Shown here one piece after another: positions 41,360 to 54,540 of a DNA stretch of 64,000 bases. The notes beneath the pieces are model-generated. The model had not been told where the DNA came from. It did no database searches and saw only the letters and a program-made list of their open reading frames with translations. Each line of letters starts with the position of its first letter. The stretch's first letter is position 1. A program made the translations under genes and the position numbers. Origin of the DNA: Leucoraja erinacea (Eukaryota); contig NC_073390.1 of the NCBI RefSeq assembly GCF_028641065.1, positions 31,000,001-31,064,000 on the forward strand, written 5' to 3'.

Positions 41360-41980
41360 ACAAAAAGAAAGATGCTGGAATCTGGATGAATAAAAAAAAA
41401 AAATCACTGGAAAAACTCAGTTGGTCAAGCAGCATCTGTGAAGGCAAACATTACCAGTATATAGTGTTTTAAGGGGTGTGGGTGGAGGGAATTAGAGGTT
41501 GGTAGGTGATGTGGAACATGATGGGATGGACACGAAGGGCATAAGCAGCCAGGTGGGAGAATGAGAGTGGATGACAGCGTAGGCAGAATCATTGTGCTGG
41601 GGATTAGAAACAGATGGAACCAGGTGAGGAAGAGAGAAAGGAAGAAGTGAATTAAGGCGGAAGAAAACTAGGTGAACAGGAGAGGAAAACACCTCAGGTG
41701 GAAATATTGTGTTGATACCATTGGGAAGTAATCTACCCAAGTGGAATATTATTTGTTCTTCCAATTTGCATTTGGCCATTCCATAAAAATGAAGAAGGCA
41801 GAAATGCTAAAGTGGGTTTAGGAAGGAGGGTTCAAGTAACATACAACCGGAAGCTGAAAACAGCCATATGGACTACATCCAGATGCTTCACGAAACAGCC
41901 ACCAATGTAGAGGAGGTTACATCGCGGGTGTCGAATGCAGTAGACGAGGTTGGAAGAGGTGCAGGTGAACTTACGCATCA
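41360..41980 (-). mobile_element. Degenerate Penelope-like fragment
   Basis: The minus strand encodes KLEEQ.IFHLGRL.PNGIN, as seen downstream of the GIY-YIG core, and carries the shared tail. Boundaries approximate. Confidence 0.6.
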
Positions 41981-42023
41981 CCAAATTCCTTTCTATCATC
42001 TACAAGGCACGTCAGGAGTGTGA

Positions 42024-42458
<435 letters not shown>

Positions 42459-45400
42459 GGACAAATTTGCCTTATTGATTTGGTACCTCACCCACCCTTA
42501 AACATTCAGTCTCTCTACTGCCAACACATTGTGTCTGCAACATGTACCTACAAATGCACTATGCCTGCTCATCTAATCCACATCTCCCTAGCAAGCGCAC
42601 ATGAACATCACCACCTGCAGATTCCCTTCCAAGTCACACACTAATGTCGTTTCCGCTCTTCCAACGGCACTGCGTCTAAGCCCTGGCCTGTACTCCCCAG
42701 CAGTACTCTGGCTGTAGCTTTGCCGGAAGGACTGCAGTGGCTCAAGATGGCAGCTCATTGCCACCTTCTCAAGGAGGATTAAAAATGGAAAGATAAATGT
42801 GGCTTTGCCAGCCTTACCCTGATCCTGAAAAATGAAATTAAAATAAAATAGAAGAGGCAAAGGCAGATCAAAATAGAATCAACTGGGGGGATATTTTCCA
42901 TGGTGCATCATTGAAACTCTCAGTGGAAACACCATTGTTTAATAAGAGTCAAGAACTATCACACACATGGCAGTGTGAATTATTTATCTATCTTAGATAA
43001 GCAAGCAGAAACATGTATGCTCATGTAAAGCCATCCCCTGATACAGCCTTCCACTTGTTTAGTAAGTCAAATGCAATTACCATTTGCATATTGTCCCAGA
43101 TTATATCATAAGCACATCAACCTCACACATACCACTGATGTCCAATTCTATCTCACCAGCACTGTTGTCTTCTTCACTGCCTCTGACTTCCCATTCGTAT
43201 GTCCAACGTCAGGTTCTGAGTGACCATAAGTGGGAACAAAGCCATTAGCTTTGTCCTTAGCCACTAATTCTAATCCATTCATAACATTGACCCTAACTGA
43301 TGGCCACTTTGGTTTGTGTTTTATACCAAGATGATCTTATGATCACACATTGCGTCTTTCAGTTAGCACCTTAGAACATTTGGTCATTTCAAAAGCATTC
43401 TTTACTACTTTTGTTGTGTTTTGTGTTGTAACCATCTGTACTTAACTATCATTTGCTTTAGGTCCAGAGATTGTATAATTGTCTTCTATCTTTAGAGACA
43501 GATTTTTAATGAATTAGTTAGCTTGTTTCTCTCAGAGACCATTCCAGCCCACTGCTTTACTCAGGCAATTATGTAGATAAGTGTTACTGATACAGAGTAC
43601 ATGTTACATCATTCAAATTATAATGTATGTTAAAAGTAACTACAGTACTGATGTATATAGAGAACCCAGAGGTAAAACAAAATGACAGTCAGAGGACACA
43701 GGGTATAGCAAGCACCAATGTGATGTCTAGTGTCTAACAAAGAGCTGTTTTGCATATCCATTGTACAATAATAGATTGCCATGTATGATCAATATATGAC
43801 AATGTGATGTTACCAGTGTATAAAGTGTAAAGGGTAAAATAATGGACAAGCAAATGGGCAGTGCATACAAAGAGCAGATGAAGATCCTAGCAGATTGCAG
43901 TGTGCCTTTAGATAGATATTATGATGTATAAAGTATAATTAACTGGTTAGGAGGCATTGTAGACAGCCAAACCTTATGATAGGTGTTGTGTTCCTAGTAA
44001 ACCTCCTTGATCGCGATTTTCTGTAACGCAAAACCACGTCACCTGCGCAAGCATCAAAAAAATAGATTTTTAGTTTATTTATTTGGTTTTATTTACATAA
44101 GCTCCCAGAGAACACATTTTTACTCCATACCTTAGATTTTGTGATAGTGATTTGTGAATTCCGTAATGGTGGATGTCGGTTACCTGAACTGCTGTAACAC
44201 AGGGGCAAATACCTTCAAATAACAATGTGGAGATAGACCATGCAATGTTTTATAGTGGATAGATAACTCTCGCTCAATGAGCACAAAGATCAGGTAGTTT
44301 GGAAAATTACCAACAATAGTCAAAAATACCTTAACCGATGTATAATAGTGGCCGACGATAAACAAAAAGCTGGAGTAACTCAGCAGGACAGGCAGCATCT
44401 CTGGAGAGAAAGAATGGGAGGCGTTTCAGGGCGAGACCCTTCTTCATAACGGCCGGGTGGCTTGCCAAGAAATGAACAATGGTTAGATAAGTTAAAGCAG
44501 CTGGTGGATTTGCCAATGATCAACAATAACCAGGCAGTTTATCAATTTTCTAACACTGGCAAGGTAGATTGCCTAGTGGTCACTAAAAAGCAGCTATACA
44601 TTATGGTATTTGAAAATAGATATATCCAGCGTAAAGTAACCAATGTGTAGGGAACAAGAATAATGAAAAGTCAGTGCATACAGAATATTAAACATGGTCT
44701 AATACCCAAGGTTTAATAATCGTCGTCATGGCTATCCCTCGAGGTCGAGGATGGTGGTTTATGTTCTGTTGTTTTTATGGACTCTCAGGTGGCTTAAGAT
44801 CATGTAAATCAGAGAATTGGATCAAGTGGCCATGACACCTGGTATACAATGAACAGAAAGTGCACTCAGAAAATAAAAGGACGACTGTTCAGTATGCAAC
44901 AAGTGACTTTTTTCTAGTAATGAGTAGGTAAGTCATCCCATGTTGAATAACATTAACTGTATTACACAATGTCCATGTCTGATCAAGTGGAATTGCCTGC
45001 CAGTACTGAAACTGTTCCAGTAAATCTTTGTCCTACGTCCTCTATACATGTATATCCTTTTTTTAGGTAGAGAGACCAAAACTGTATACCTGGTGTGGAC
45101 TTCCAGCATTTTCTGCATGTTTAATTGTTGTAAGACATTGCCCCTGTCTGTAGTATGCCTAAGATGATTATATTAATGGTGATGTTCAACTCAAGCATGG
45201 AAATGTTTAAGTCATTACGTTTGGATAAATCTGAACTGGCCATTACTTGGAATGTCTGGTGTCAGCAGCTACAGTAAACGGTGCACTAAGTAACACAATG
45301 GAGTCCCCATTGTATAATACTGGGTGCTGACAGATGCAATTTTATAATAATAATCAGGGAAGTTCACCTGAAGAATGATATTTGTACAACGCCTGGTAGG

Positions 45401-46649
45401 TGGTGATAGAGTGTCCAGTGGATAATAATGACAAGTAAGTATATGAAATGCAATGATATAGGCCCCTGGAATACACAGGTGACAGTACGCTGAAGTATTC
45501 TTTTAAAACTGTATACAAATGGAGACCATTTGGGCTCTTGTATCTATGCTAGTTAAAACAGGTATTCCCACTTCCAATGTCTCAATCAATAGATCAGATT
45601 CAGATTCAGATTCAACTTTAATTGTCATTGTCAGTGTACAGTACAGAGACAACGAAATGCAGTTAGCATCTCCCTGGAAGAGCAACATAGAATATGATTT
45701 CAATAAATAAATCTATTTACATGTAATAGCACTCTAGCTTACAGATCTCATCTCATTCTTATATTTCTATCTTTATCTTATCTCATAGTTTTATCTATTC
45801 ACCTCTAGCCTTTGTGTCAACTATCTGCCAATCACCCCCCCCCCCCCCCCCCCCCCCCCATGATAATCACCTGTATCCACCTATCACTCACCAGAAAAGG
45901 ACACCAAGTGTTGGAGTAACTTAGGCAGCATATCTGGAGAACATGGATAGGTGACGTCTGCCAGACTTTGTTCCATGCCCCCTATCTCTCTTCTCGCTTA
46001 CTGGCTTCTTGTTACTTTTCCTATTTGTCTACTTCACCACGTATGTTCCACAAGATCTGAAGTGGATGAGTGAGGGTGATGTTGATAACACTTTTTGTGA
46101 GCTCTTGGTTTGATTTTATTCATACGTATTTGAGCGACAATGATTAACATTGAACATCGAGAGATCCATGCAAAATTATGATCAGAATCCCTGCAATCCC
46201 AGTGGAGAGATAGAGATTATAATCAATTTCATTTGTGAGAAGAAAGGCTAGGTCAATCTCCCTGCATATAACAGCAGTCAGGTGAAAGTTACAATATATA
46301 ATCAAACAGCATACAACTGTGAATATAGGCACAACATGCTGGAGTAACTCAGGGGGTTATGCAGCATCTCTGGAGAAAAGGAACAGCTGATGTTTCAGTT
46401 TGGGACCCTCCTGCAGATCCAACATATCCAGTCCAGATCAGTCTCAACCTGAAACATTACCTATTCCTTTCCTCCAGAGATGCTGCCTGACCCATTGAGT
46501 TGCTCCAGCATTTTGTCTTTGGTGTAAACCAACATCTGCAGTTCCTTCCTAAGTGTATAGCTGCGAGCCGGTAAGTTATTCAGTATACGACAATGAATGT
46601 GCATAAAGCAGTTAATGGCAAACAGTGTCCAATAGTGGTCATTGGAGTA

Positions 46650-47500
46650 GAAACATAGAAAAATAGGTGGAGTAGGCCATTCGGCCCTTCGAGCCTCCAC
46701 AGCCATTCAATATGATCGTGGCTGATCATCTACAATTAGTACCTGCTTTTTCCCCTATATCTCTTGATTCCTTTAGCCTTAACAGCTAAATCTAACTCTC
46801 TCTTGAAAACATCCAGTGAATTGGCCTCCACTGCCTTCTGCAGCAGAAGATTCCACATATTCACAATTCTCTGGGTGAAGAAATGTTTCCTCATCTCAAT
46901 CCTAAATGGTCTATTCTTAAACTGTGACCCCCCCGGTTCTGGACTCACCCAACATCGAGTACATTATTCCTGCATCTTGCCTGTCCAATCCTTTAAGAAT
47001 TTTACATGTTTCTATTCTATAAGAATCCCTCTCATCCTTCTAAATTCCAATGAATACAAGCCCAGTCGACCCATTCTTTCATCATATGTCAGTCCCGCCA
47101 TCCCACGAATTAACTTGGTAAACCTATGCTGCACTTTTTCGCCAGCCAGGAAATTTTGGTAGTTCATCCTTGCAGTCTTTAAATCTTTGCCATTGCATCT
47201 CCACCATCAACCTTTATGTATAATTTGCCAACTCTATCCTAGCCAATTCCCGTCTCATACCTTCAAAGTCCTCTTTCTTTAAGTTCAGAACCCTAGTCTC
47301 CGAATTCACCGTGCCACTTTCCATCCTAATGCAGAATTCCGCCACAAGTCACAGTTGCCTAAGGGGCTTTGCACAACAAGATCGCTGACTAATCCTTCTT
47401 CATTACACAATACCCAGTCTAGTATGGCCTGTCCTCTAGTTGGTTCTTCTACATATTGGTTTAAAAAACCCATCGGTATACATTCCAGGAAATCGCCCAC
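46650..47500 (-). mobile_element. CR1 LINE fragments (endonuclease piece joined to the 3' end)
   Basis: NQYVEEPTRGQAILDWVLCNE (APE domain) and FRIEMRKHFFTQRIVNMWN. Confidence 0.8.
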
Positions 47501-48559
47501 CTCAGCCCTCCTCAGTATCTATTTAATAGCAATTAGCAGGTGTGGTACAGAGTGGTAGACAATATGGTTTAATAATAATAAGGCAAGAGCTCTTGATGGA
47601 CAATACCCGAGGTGGAAGAGTGCTGGGTGTACAATGATAACTGGCAGAGCACCTGTTGCTGGGAACACTGCTCTCCCTGATGTGTATCATGTGCAGGCAT
47701 GGATGGCATCATGCTAATCAAAACTGGCAGAGAGTCTAGTGCATGAGGATGGGATAGTACACTCCCACTATAACCGTGGGCAGATGGTCTACATCGATAC
47801 AAATGGTCGGCACTTGAAATGCCCAGTACACACATCATCCAGGACAGTAAACTGCCAAAGTATTACACTGGATGTGGTGACCAGTTTACAATGATCAGCA
47901 CTGGAGCGCCCTGTGATTCCGGGCGTCAGAGCATCCAATACACAATGCTGGATCTGCACGTAGTCTTTTATAAGCCGGCGGATCATAATTGAGAGTGTTC
48001 CGTGTGTATTAATGGCCACGGAAAATGTTCCCTACAAAATAACGGGCAATGTGTGATTATTAACTCGCCAGGCGTTGCTCGTGTAATAAGTAAGCAGAGC
48101 GCACACGTTGTATAATAATTGACAGTGGTTGCAGTTGCAATAAGCTGCAAAGAATGAAGCGTGTGCAAGTGGGCAGCGGAAAGTCTTGGCTGAACAATGG
48201 GATATTAAGTTACAGCCGGCGGATAACGAATGGTCATGTAGTCGGTGCAGTGAAATTGTCGGTCCCTGGTACATGCCCTGTGGTCAAGGGTAACCGGAGC
48301 GCATTGAAACAAACCGAGTGTAAACTAACGAACGGGTAAAAAGTTCAGTCTCTGACCGACTCCAAGTGCGGAGGCAATGGAAATGAATGTAAAAACAAAG
48401 CGCTGGGGGAACTCAGTGGGTCAGGCAGCATCTGTGGAGGTAAATGGACAGGCGGCGTTTCGATGGAGACCCTTCTTCAGACTCACGAGAATGGAGAGTT
48501 GGGTAGATTTGCAGTAAGTAGCAAGCAGAGTGCTCACCACACCGTGCGCCCCCCAAGGA

Positions 48560-49270
48560 ACAAGGACCTGGAGGAAGAGGGAGGTCAAGCGACAGCGTCG
48601 CCGGGATGCAGGGGTGAGCGGAGGTGGAGGGGACTGCCGTGGCATCTACTGGAAGGGCGTCTATCTACCTGGAGAGTAGCCTTGGGTTGACAGGTCGGGT
48701 GGGAGCGGGAGGAAGCAGTGATCGTCCCAGGACTCCCCAACCAAAGGAAAGCGGTTCGGTGCAGCGAGAGGGGAGTTGATGCGACTCACGTAAAGCCCGG
48801 AGTGCCTCTCCCCGAAGAAGGGGAAGCTGTGCGAGATCTCCAGGAGCCCGGAACCTCCATCGTCCACTTTGCCGTTGACCGAGTCGCCGTTCTCCAGCCC
48901 GAACGGGTAGAAGTCGCCGAGCGGCACCGAGCAGCATATTCCTCCCAGCAGCGCCAGCAATGTGGCGGCGGGCAATAGCTCCATCAGTCTCAGGCCGGGG
49001 CACCTGCACGGTGTGTGAGAGTCAGTCCGCAGCGGTCCCGGTGTCCACATTGTGGCTGCTTCACTCTCCGCCCCCTCGCCCAACCCACACCAATCAAACA
49101 CACACCCGGGCCGGCCCGCAACGCCTCGCCCAGTCAACAAGCAGAGGCCGCTACCCACCCGCCCAATCAGCTCCAGCCTAGGCTGAACTTCACCAACTTT
49201 TTACTCCTAGAACGAGAATAAGATTTTCTTAAAGTTGAATTTAGCAAACACGACAGCCCGGCTTGTAGAA
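48560..49270 (-). promoter_or_regulatory. CpG-rich region and probable SNED1 promoter
   Basis: Marked local GC/CpG enrichment over exon 1. GC boxes (CCGCCC) near 49068 and 49159, and two CCAATCA boxes near 49090 and 49163. No obvious TATA box. Confidence 0.7.
48790..49050 (-). CDS. SNED1: SNED1 coding exon 1: signal peptide and NIDO N-terminus (ATG at 49050, or alternative in-frame ATG at 48984)
   Basis: A hydrophobic stretch LLPAATLLALLGGICCS is followed by DFYPFG...DDGGSG...FPFFGERHSGLY. The donor TAC|GTGAGT is phase 0 and joins to VNNNG of exon 2. The true start codon is uncertain. Confidence 0.92.
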
Positions 49271-49739
49271 ACAAGGAACTGCTACTCTGCCGGTTCTCAC
49301 AAAAAGTCACAGAGTGTTGGTGGAGTAACTCAGCGGGTCGGGTAGCATCGCTGGAGAACACATTTCAGTTCAGGCAGCACCTCTGGAGAACATGGATAGG
49401 TGACACCCCGGCCGAATCGGTACCCTTCTGGGTCCCAACCCGAAACATCACCTATCCATGTTCTCATGAGATGCTGCCTGACCCGCCGTGTTTTCAAGAG
49501 GGAGTTAGATTGAGCTCTTCTGGCTAAATGAATCAAGGGATATGTGGCAGAAGCAGGAACGGGGTACTAATTTTAGATGATCAGCCATGATCATATTCAA
49601 TGGCAGTGTTGGTTCGAAGGGCCGAATGGCACCTATGTTTCTATGTTTCTATGAGTTACTCCAGCGCTTCGTGTCGGAGGTTACCTTAAAACGTCCGGCT
49701 CAAATCATCCCACAGCCAGTCCACAGAGAGTGGGAGAGA

Positions 49740-49740
49740 A

Positions 49741-49798
<58 letters not shown>
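49740..49798. repeat. Compound (TA)n(GA)n microsatellite
   Basis: Directly visible. Confidence 0.95.
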
Positions 49799-51003
49799 CG
49801 AGTGCACATCAAAACATATTTAACTCCACGCTCAATGCCGCAGCTTAAGACAATCAAATGCTTTCTCGCTCCCAGTTCTGACGGAGATTTCCGGACCTCA
49901 ATCATCAACTGTTTCTCTTTCCGCAGCTGCTGACTAACCGGTTCAGCATTGTCTCTTGTTTCTATGTAGATTCGTGCTTTATCAACAAGAGTAATCGTTC
50001 CCAAAGTTAAGGCGCAGTTTTGTTTGATTTTATTTGTTAAAGTCACGGGGAGCGGACGTATTCCAAACGGGGCAATCAATCCCCAAATTCTGCACTGTCC
50101 GGCCAACACGAACATACTGGGTTAAACACAAAGTGCTGAAGTAACTAACTCAGTGGGTCAGGCAGCACCTGCGGAAGGAAGGGGAAGGCGATGTTTCGGG
50201 GTTGGACCTTTCTTCAGACTGGGTACATCATGATCATGAAGATTGTTCTTTCTGCCTTATTTGAAACGTGATTTTTAGGACGGTTCTGGCGAAGCGACTA
50301 AGATCGGGAACGGCAACTCTTTGTGGAAACATGAAACGGCAGATGCTGGTTTACCAATGAAATACACAAATATGCAGGGCGAACTCAGCGGGCCCAGCAG
50401 CATATCTGGCGAACCAGGCTGGATGGGTGACTCTTCGGATCACCCGACCCGGTTTCTCTCTGTCAGAACCCCGCACGACCGTCTGCGTGTTTGCAGCATT
50501 TTCTGTTATTTATTTCAGGTCAGCGGTGAGCGCAGGTTAGATAGAGAGTAAAGGGTCCGGGAAATTGGCATGTCCCCGTGAATTGTACATTTTTTGTCTA
50601 CTTTCGATTTTTCCAGCATCCGCAGTTCCTTCTTAAACATATAAATTGATGGAAGCTCATTCGCAAATTGCCCAGACAAATAGTTTCAGCAAGCGTGTTC
50701 TCACAGTTCTCACAAGCGGGTGTTAGATACAATGCGTCTTGTTGTGCCTCATTGTACTGGAAATAAACAAAATAAGATTGTATGAAACAAGAACAAGAGT
50801 CGGTCATTTAGCCCTCTAATAAGCCTTCTCTACCATTGATCGGCATCATGGCTAATCTTCTATCTCAATGCCATTTTCCTGCTCTATACCAATTCCTTTC
50901 ATATCCAGAAATGTATCAATCTGTTTCAATGAACTTCCAGAGCAGTCACAACCGGTGTACATTGCGTCTGTCCTTTGGAGAGGTAATGCCAGCATTTTAC
51001 TGT

Positions 51004-51139
51004 GTTCAAGAAGGAACTGCAGATGCTGGAAGATCGAAGGTACACAAAAATGCTGGAGAAACTCAGCGGGTGCAGCAGCATCTATGGAGCGAAGGAAATA
51101 GGTGACGTTTCGGGCCAAAACCCTTCTTCAGACTGACTG
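51004..51139 (-). mobile_element. Short Penelope-tail insertion
   Basis: Near-identical to the tail at 21961-22059 and 19024-19134. Flanked by ttttactgt at 50995-51003 and 51140-51148. Confidence 0.75.
51101..51135 (-). ncRNA. Minimal type-I hammerhead-ribozyme-like motif
   Basis: The minus strand reads cAGU-CUGAAGA-A-GGGUUUUGGCCC-GAAA-CGUC-ACC. It has the conserved core, a stem II and a GUC triplet. Stem III has no loop, so activity would require a dimer. Confidence 0.55.
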
Positions 51140-51419
51140 TTTTACTGTTCACAGGATGTTCACAATGAGCTGCTTCTTGAATCATTGTCCATGCACTGAA
51201 GATGGTCTCACATTAGTGTTCTGTCAAGGGCTTTCTTGTCATTCACTCTAGGTTTTGATTAATGGATAGTACCTGTTCCATTACCGAATGGCATCCTTAA
51301 CCTTAAAATGTCTTTTGACCTCAAATATATTCTTGCCAGCTTCATAGATAACACATTTCAAATGCTTTTTTCACCCTTTTCAAACCAATCATATAATTTG
51401 TCCAAAAGTTTGGAGAGTA

Positions 51420-51770
51420 GTGAGATCTGAACCAAAGTATGAGATTACATATTTTTACAGATTTATGTTGAGGGAACCAATATATATCCAATTAAAAAGT
51501 AGCCTGGTAAACAACTTGGAAGGGATGATGGTATTAAACGCCGAGCTGTATTCTATAAACAAAAGCCTGATTTCTATAAACAAAAGTGTTTTTATTGTCC
51601 AAGTGGTCCAATGCGGCGTGGAGAGCCAGTGAAATTGTATCCTCCATTGACCTGTTGTGATGGCATGCAAACTGTAGTGGGTCGAGGTTCTTGTCGAGGT
51701 AGGAGTAGATATACACCATAACCAACCTCTCAAAGCACTTCATCACCACAGATGTTAGTGCCACTGCACT
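51420..51770 (-). mobile_element. Rex1-like LINE RT fragment
   Basis: VALTSVVMKCFERLV...LDPLQFA...RSMEDTISLALH and LFIEYSSAFNTIIPSKL. Confidence 0.8.
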
Positions 51771-52899
51771 CTCCATATCCACTCCATATCATGAACGTCA
51801 CTGAAAAATTATCTGTCTTCCCATGTTCTGCCCATTACTATTAATACTTCATGTAGCCTAGAGATTAAAAAACACTCTTAACTCAATGCACTGTTAAAAT
51901 CATCATTCCCTGAGACATATTTATTACTGTGAACCCATAACCCTGTATGGTTAATTGTGAATTTGCAACCATGTTTAATATGCTTGTATCATATTTCTGC
52001 TCCACTTTTTCTCATAATCACTTGCAGCCTTATAAATCCAGTATCGTTTAAGCCTTTTTGCAGTTCTGGAAAGAATCAAGAAAATAGAGATCACGTTGTA
52101 GACTGTTCTTCATTCACCTCCAGCTTTTTTTTCTTTGGAGCCTTTCTTTCCCCTCTTTATTATTGATAAACCGGAGTGTGAGCTTTCTACTTACTCTGTG
52201 TTAGTTTTAAACCTGAAGCTCATGAGAAACACCACTCTCCTTCATCTCTACCTCTTTCTTTTGTCGAATTCTCCTTTCCCAAGCTCACGGCCAACCAATC
52301 AACATTTCTTGACTTTGTGCTCTGTCAATGCTGCTTCACTTATTAATGGAATCGCAGCACAGAAGCACAGCACTTTGCGCATTCTGCTTGAGCTGGGGCC
52401 TTGAGGGTTCTTCAACACATAGCCCAACAATGAATGAAAAATCTAAAGAATCACAAAGGGCTGTACATGAAGTAAGTCAATGATTTTTCTGAAGTTTTCA
52501 ATTAAAATTATCTTTGCCATTCAAAAGTCTTAAACTACATTTCAAAGCCATTGGAACTGAATACCAGCGGGTGTGAAAACTCCACTACATTCTGAGAGTG
52601 CATTAAAATGTAAGGTTCAGAGATGGTGTAAATTTGAGGCCATACAAATATATCAAGACCATTGTTTTCATTAAATCATGCAGCATTGACCACGACTGCT
52701 TAACCCATTGTGCCTGGACTGACTGTGAATTCACCCTTTCACTATTGCACTGGATACTTCCCCATTGCATGTGCTTCTTCACTTTTGAAAGTTATTATTA
52801 AACCTGTGCCTTTCAAGAGATTGCATTGTAGGTCAAAACAACGTCTTCTCACCAGCATATTTGTAATTGGTGTCAATTTTGTTAGCTCTTTTTCTTAGA

Positions 52900-54540
52900 C
52901 TGTCCGTTAGCATGGAGGATGACCTGCTTTCTCATGAGGCTAATAAGGGAACTGCAGTCTCTTACGAGGTGGCTGTTGAAAGGGTGGGCAGTTTGTGAGC
53001 TGGATCGCTGGCTCTGCCACTCATGCATGGGTTCCCTGTGTGAAAACCTAATGTTCCTATTCCATGTTCAGTAATCATGGGCTGGATAAACCCTGAATTT
53101 AGTGGGGAAGTTGCATTTCTTCAAAGAAGCTTTGAACACAACCTAAAATCGGCTCCACTGTCCACTAAAGTGACCTCTTCCCCTGATAGAGCTCAGAATA
53201 GTGTATCAATGGTCTGGTGTCAGACATCTGAGTAATGTGCCCTGTCTGGAATAGTTGCATGAGAGTAATTTGGGCCTTATTGCTGTTGATGTTGGCCTGG
53301 GAGAGGACACCAACCATGTGTCTATTTGTCCTTCCAGTGATTTTGTAGGCTTCTGCAGAAATAGCATTGATGATGCTTTTCCAGTGCCTTAAAATGGGCT
53401 GCCCAGGTCTCAGATCCACACAGACCATAAGGTTTGTAAGGTCTTGATTACCTAAAGCACGTTTCTTCAATCAGCCACAGGTAGTGCTGGTGCACTGAAG
53501 GCAGTGGTAACTGTCATCACTTACATGTGCCTTCACTGAGAGGTGGTTTAAGTGGTGAAGTGTAGCAGAGTCAAGTAGTGCAGGATTTTCCAGGACAATT
53601 ATTGTTGGAGGCCAGAAGGGTGCAGCAGGGGCAAGTAGGCAGAGCACATTTATCTTTGGGAGAACCCAAACCAAAGTGTCACCCATCCCTTTTCTCCAGA
53701 AATGCTGCCGAACTCACTGAGTTACTCCAGCACTTTGTGTCTGTCTTGTGGGCATTGATGAAAGGGTTGGTAGTGACTTGGAGTTTGAGGCATGCACAAA
53801 TACAATTTTCATCTGAATATTGCAGCTCAATAATTGAGATTTGGGTGATCTTGGTTCTAGAGTCCACTCGCATGGGCAGTTTGTTGGAGGTGAGATACAA
53901 TATTGCAGCAAGGAAGATTGAGAATTATGTCAGGGCAACGACACTGCTGTGTTGCTGGTTTTCACAGTTTAATTCAATGGTTGACACATTGGCTAATACT
54001 TCAGCCTGATGTCATGGAACAAGTATTAAATGGAGTTTCTGTAGGCAGCCAGAATTGATGAATGTGTTGCACAATCCCTCCAAAGGCTGGAGTCAAAGGC
54101 TATGGGGATACTGGGAAACAACACATGTATATTAGCTGATGCTTTCTTGGAGTTGCCATGCAGTGAAGATTATAATCTCTTGACTGTGGATGTACAGAAT
54201 CCATGCTGTGATTCAGGAAGCAGGCTCTTTGGCTGCTGGAAGGAGACAACTGTGAAAACCTCTGGCGATGATCACCCTGTGGCACACAGACATTTTGTAG
54301 TTACCACAGTCTTCTTAAGATGGTCACCACTACAGCATGTCTAAGATTCCCTGAATAGCCTCCCCTTTCAAGATCTGAACAATGAGTCTGTGGATTTGTG
54401 ACTGAACTTCGCGGTAGTCAAGTTTTAGGATTTCAGTAGTGGTGCTATCTGCTCCCAGGTTAATGCCTTGTTAATTTTGAGTTTGGATACAGTCTTCATG
54501 GCAATCAGGAATACCAGAAAGTTTACATGTGTTGCTAAGG
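52900..54540 (-). mobile_element. Very degenerate LINE (RTE-like) ORF remnant
   Basis: Scattered remnant motifs (PGAD-like at ~54445-54460, W..L...I...A at ~53350-53390). Interrupted by a Penelope tail at ~53675-53745. Confidence 0.4.

Noticed and set aside
49051-49158. N-terminal extension of the exon-1 ORF given in the ORF track
   Set aside because: It begins at a non-ATG codon and overlaps the GC and CCAAT promoter boxes.
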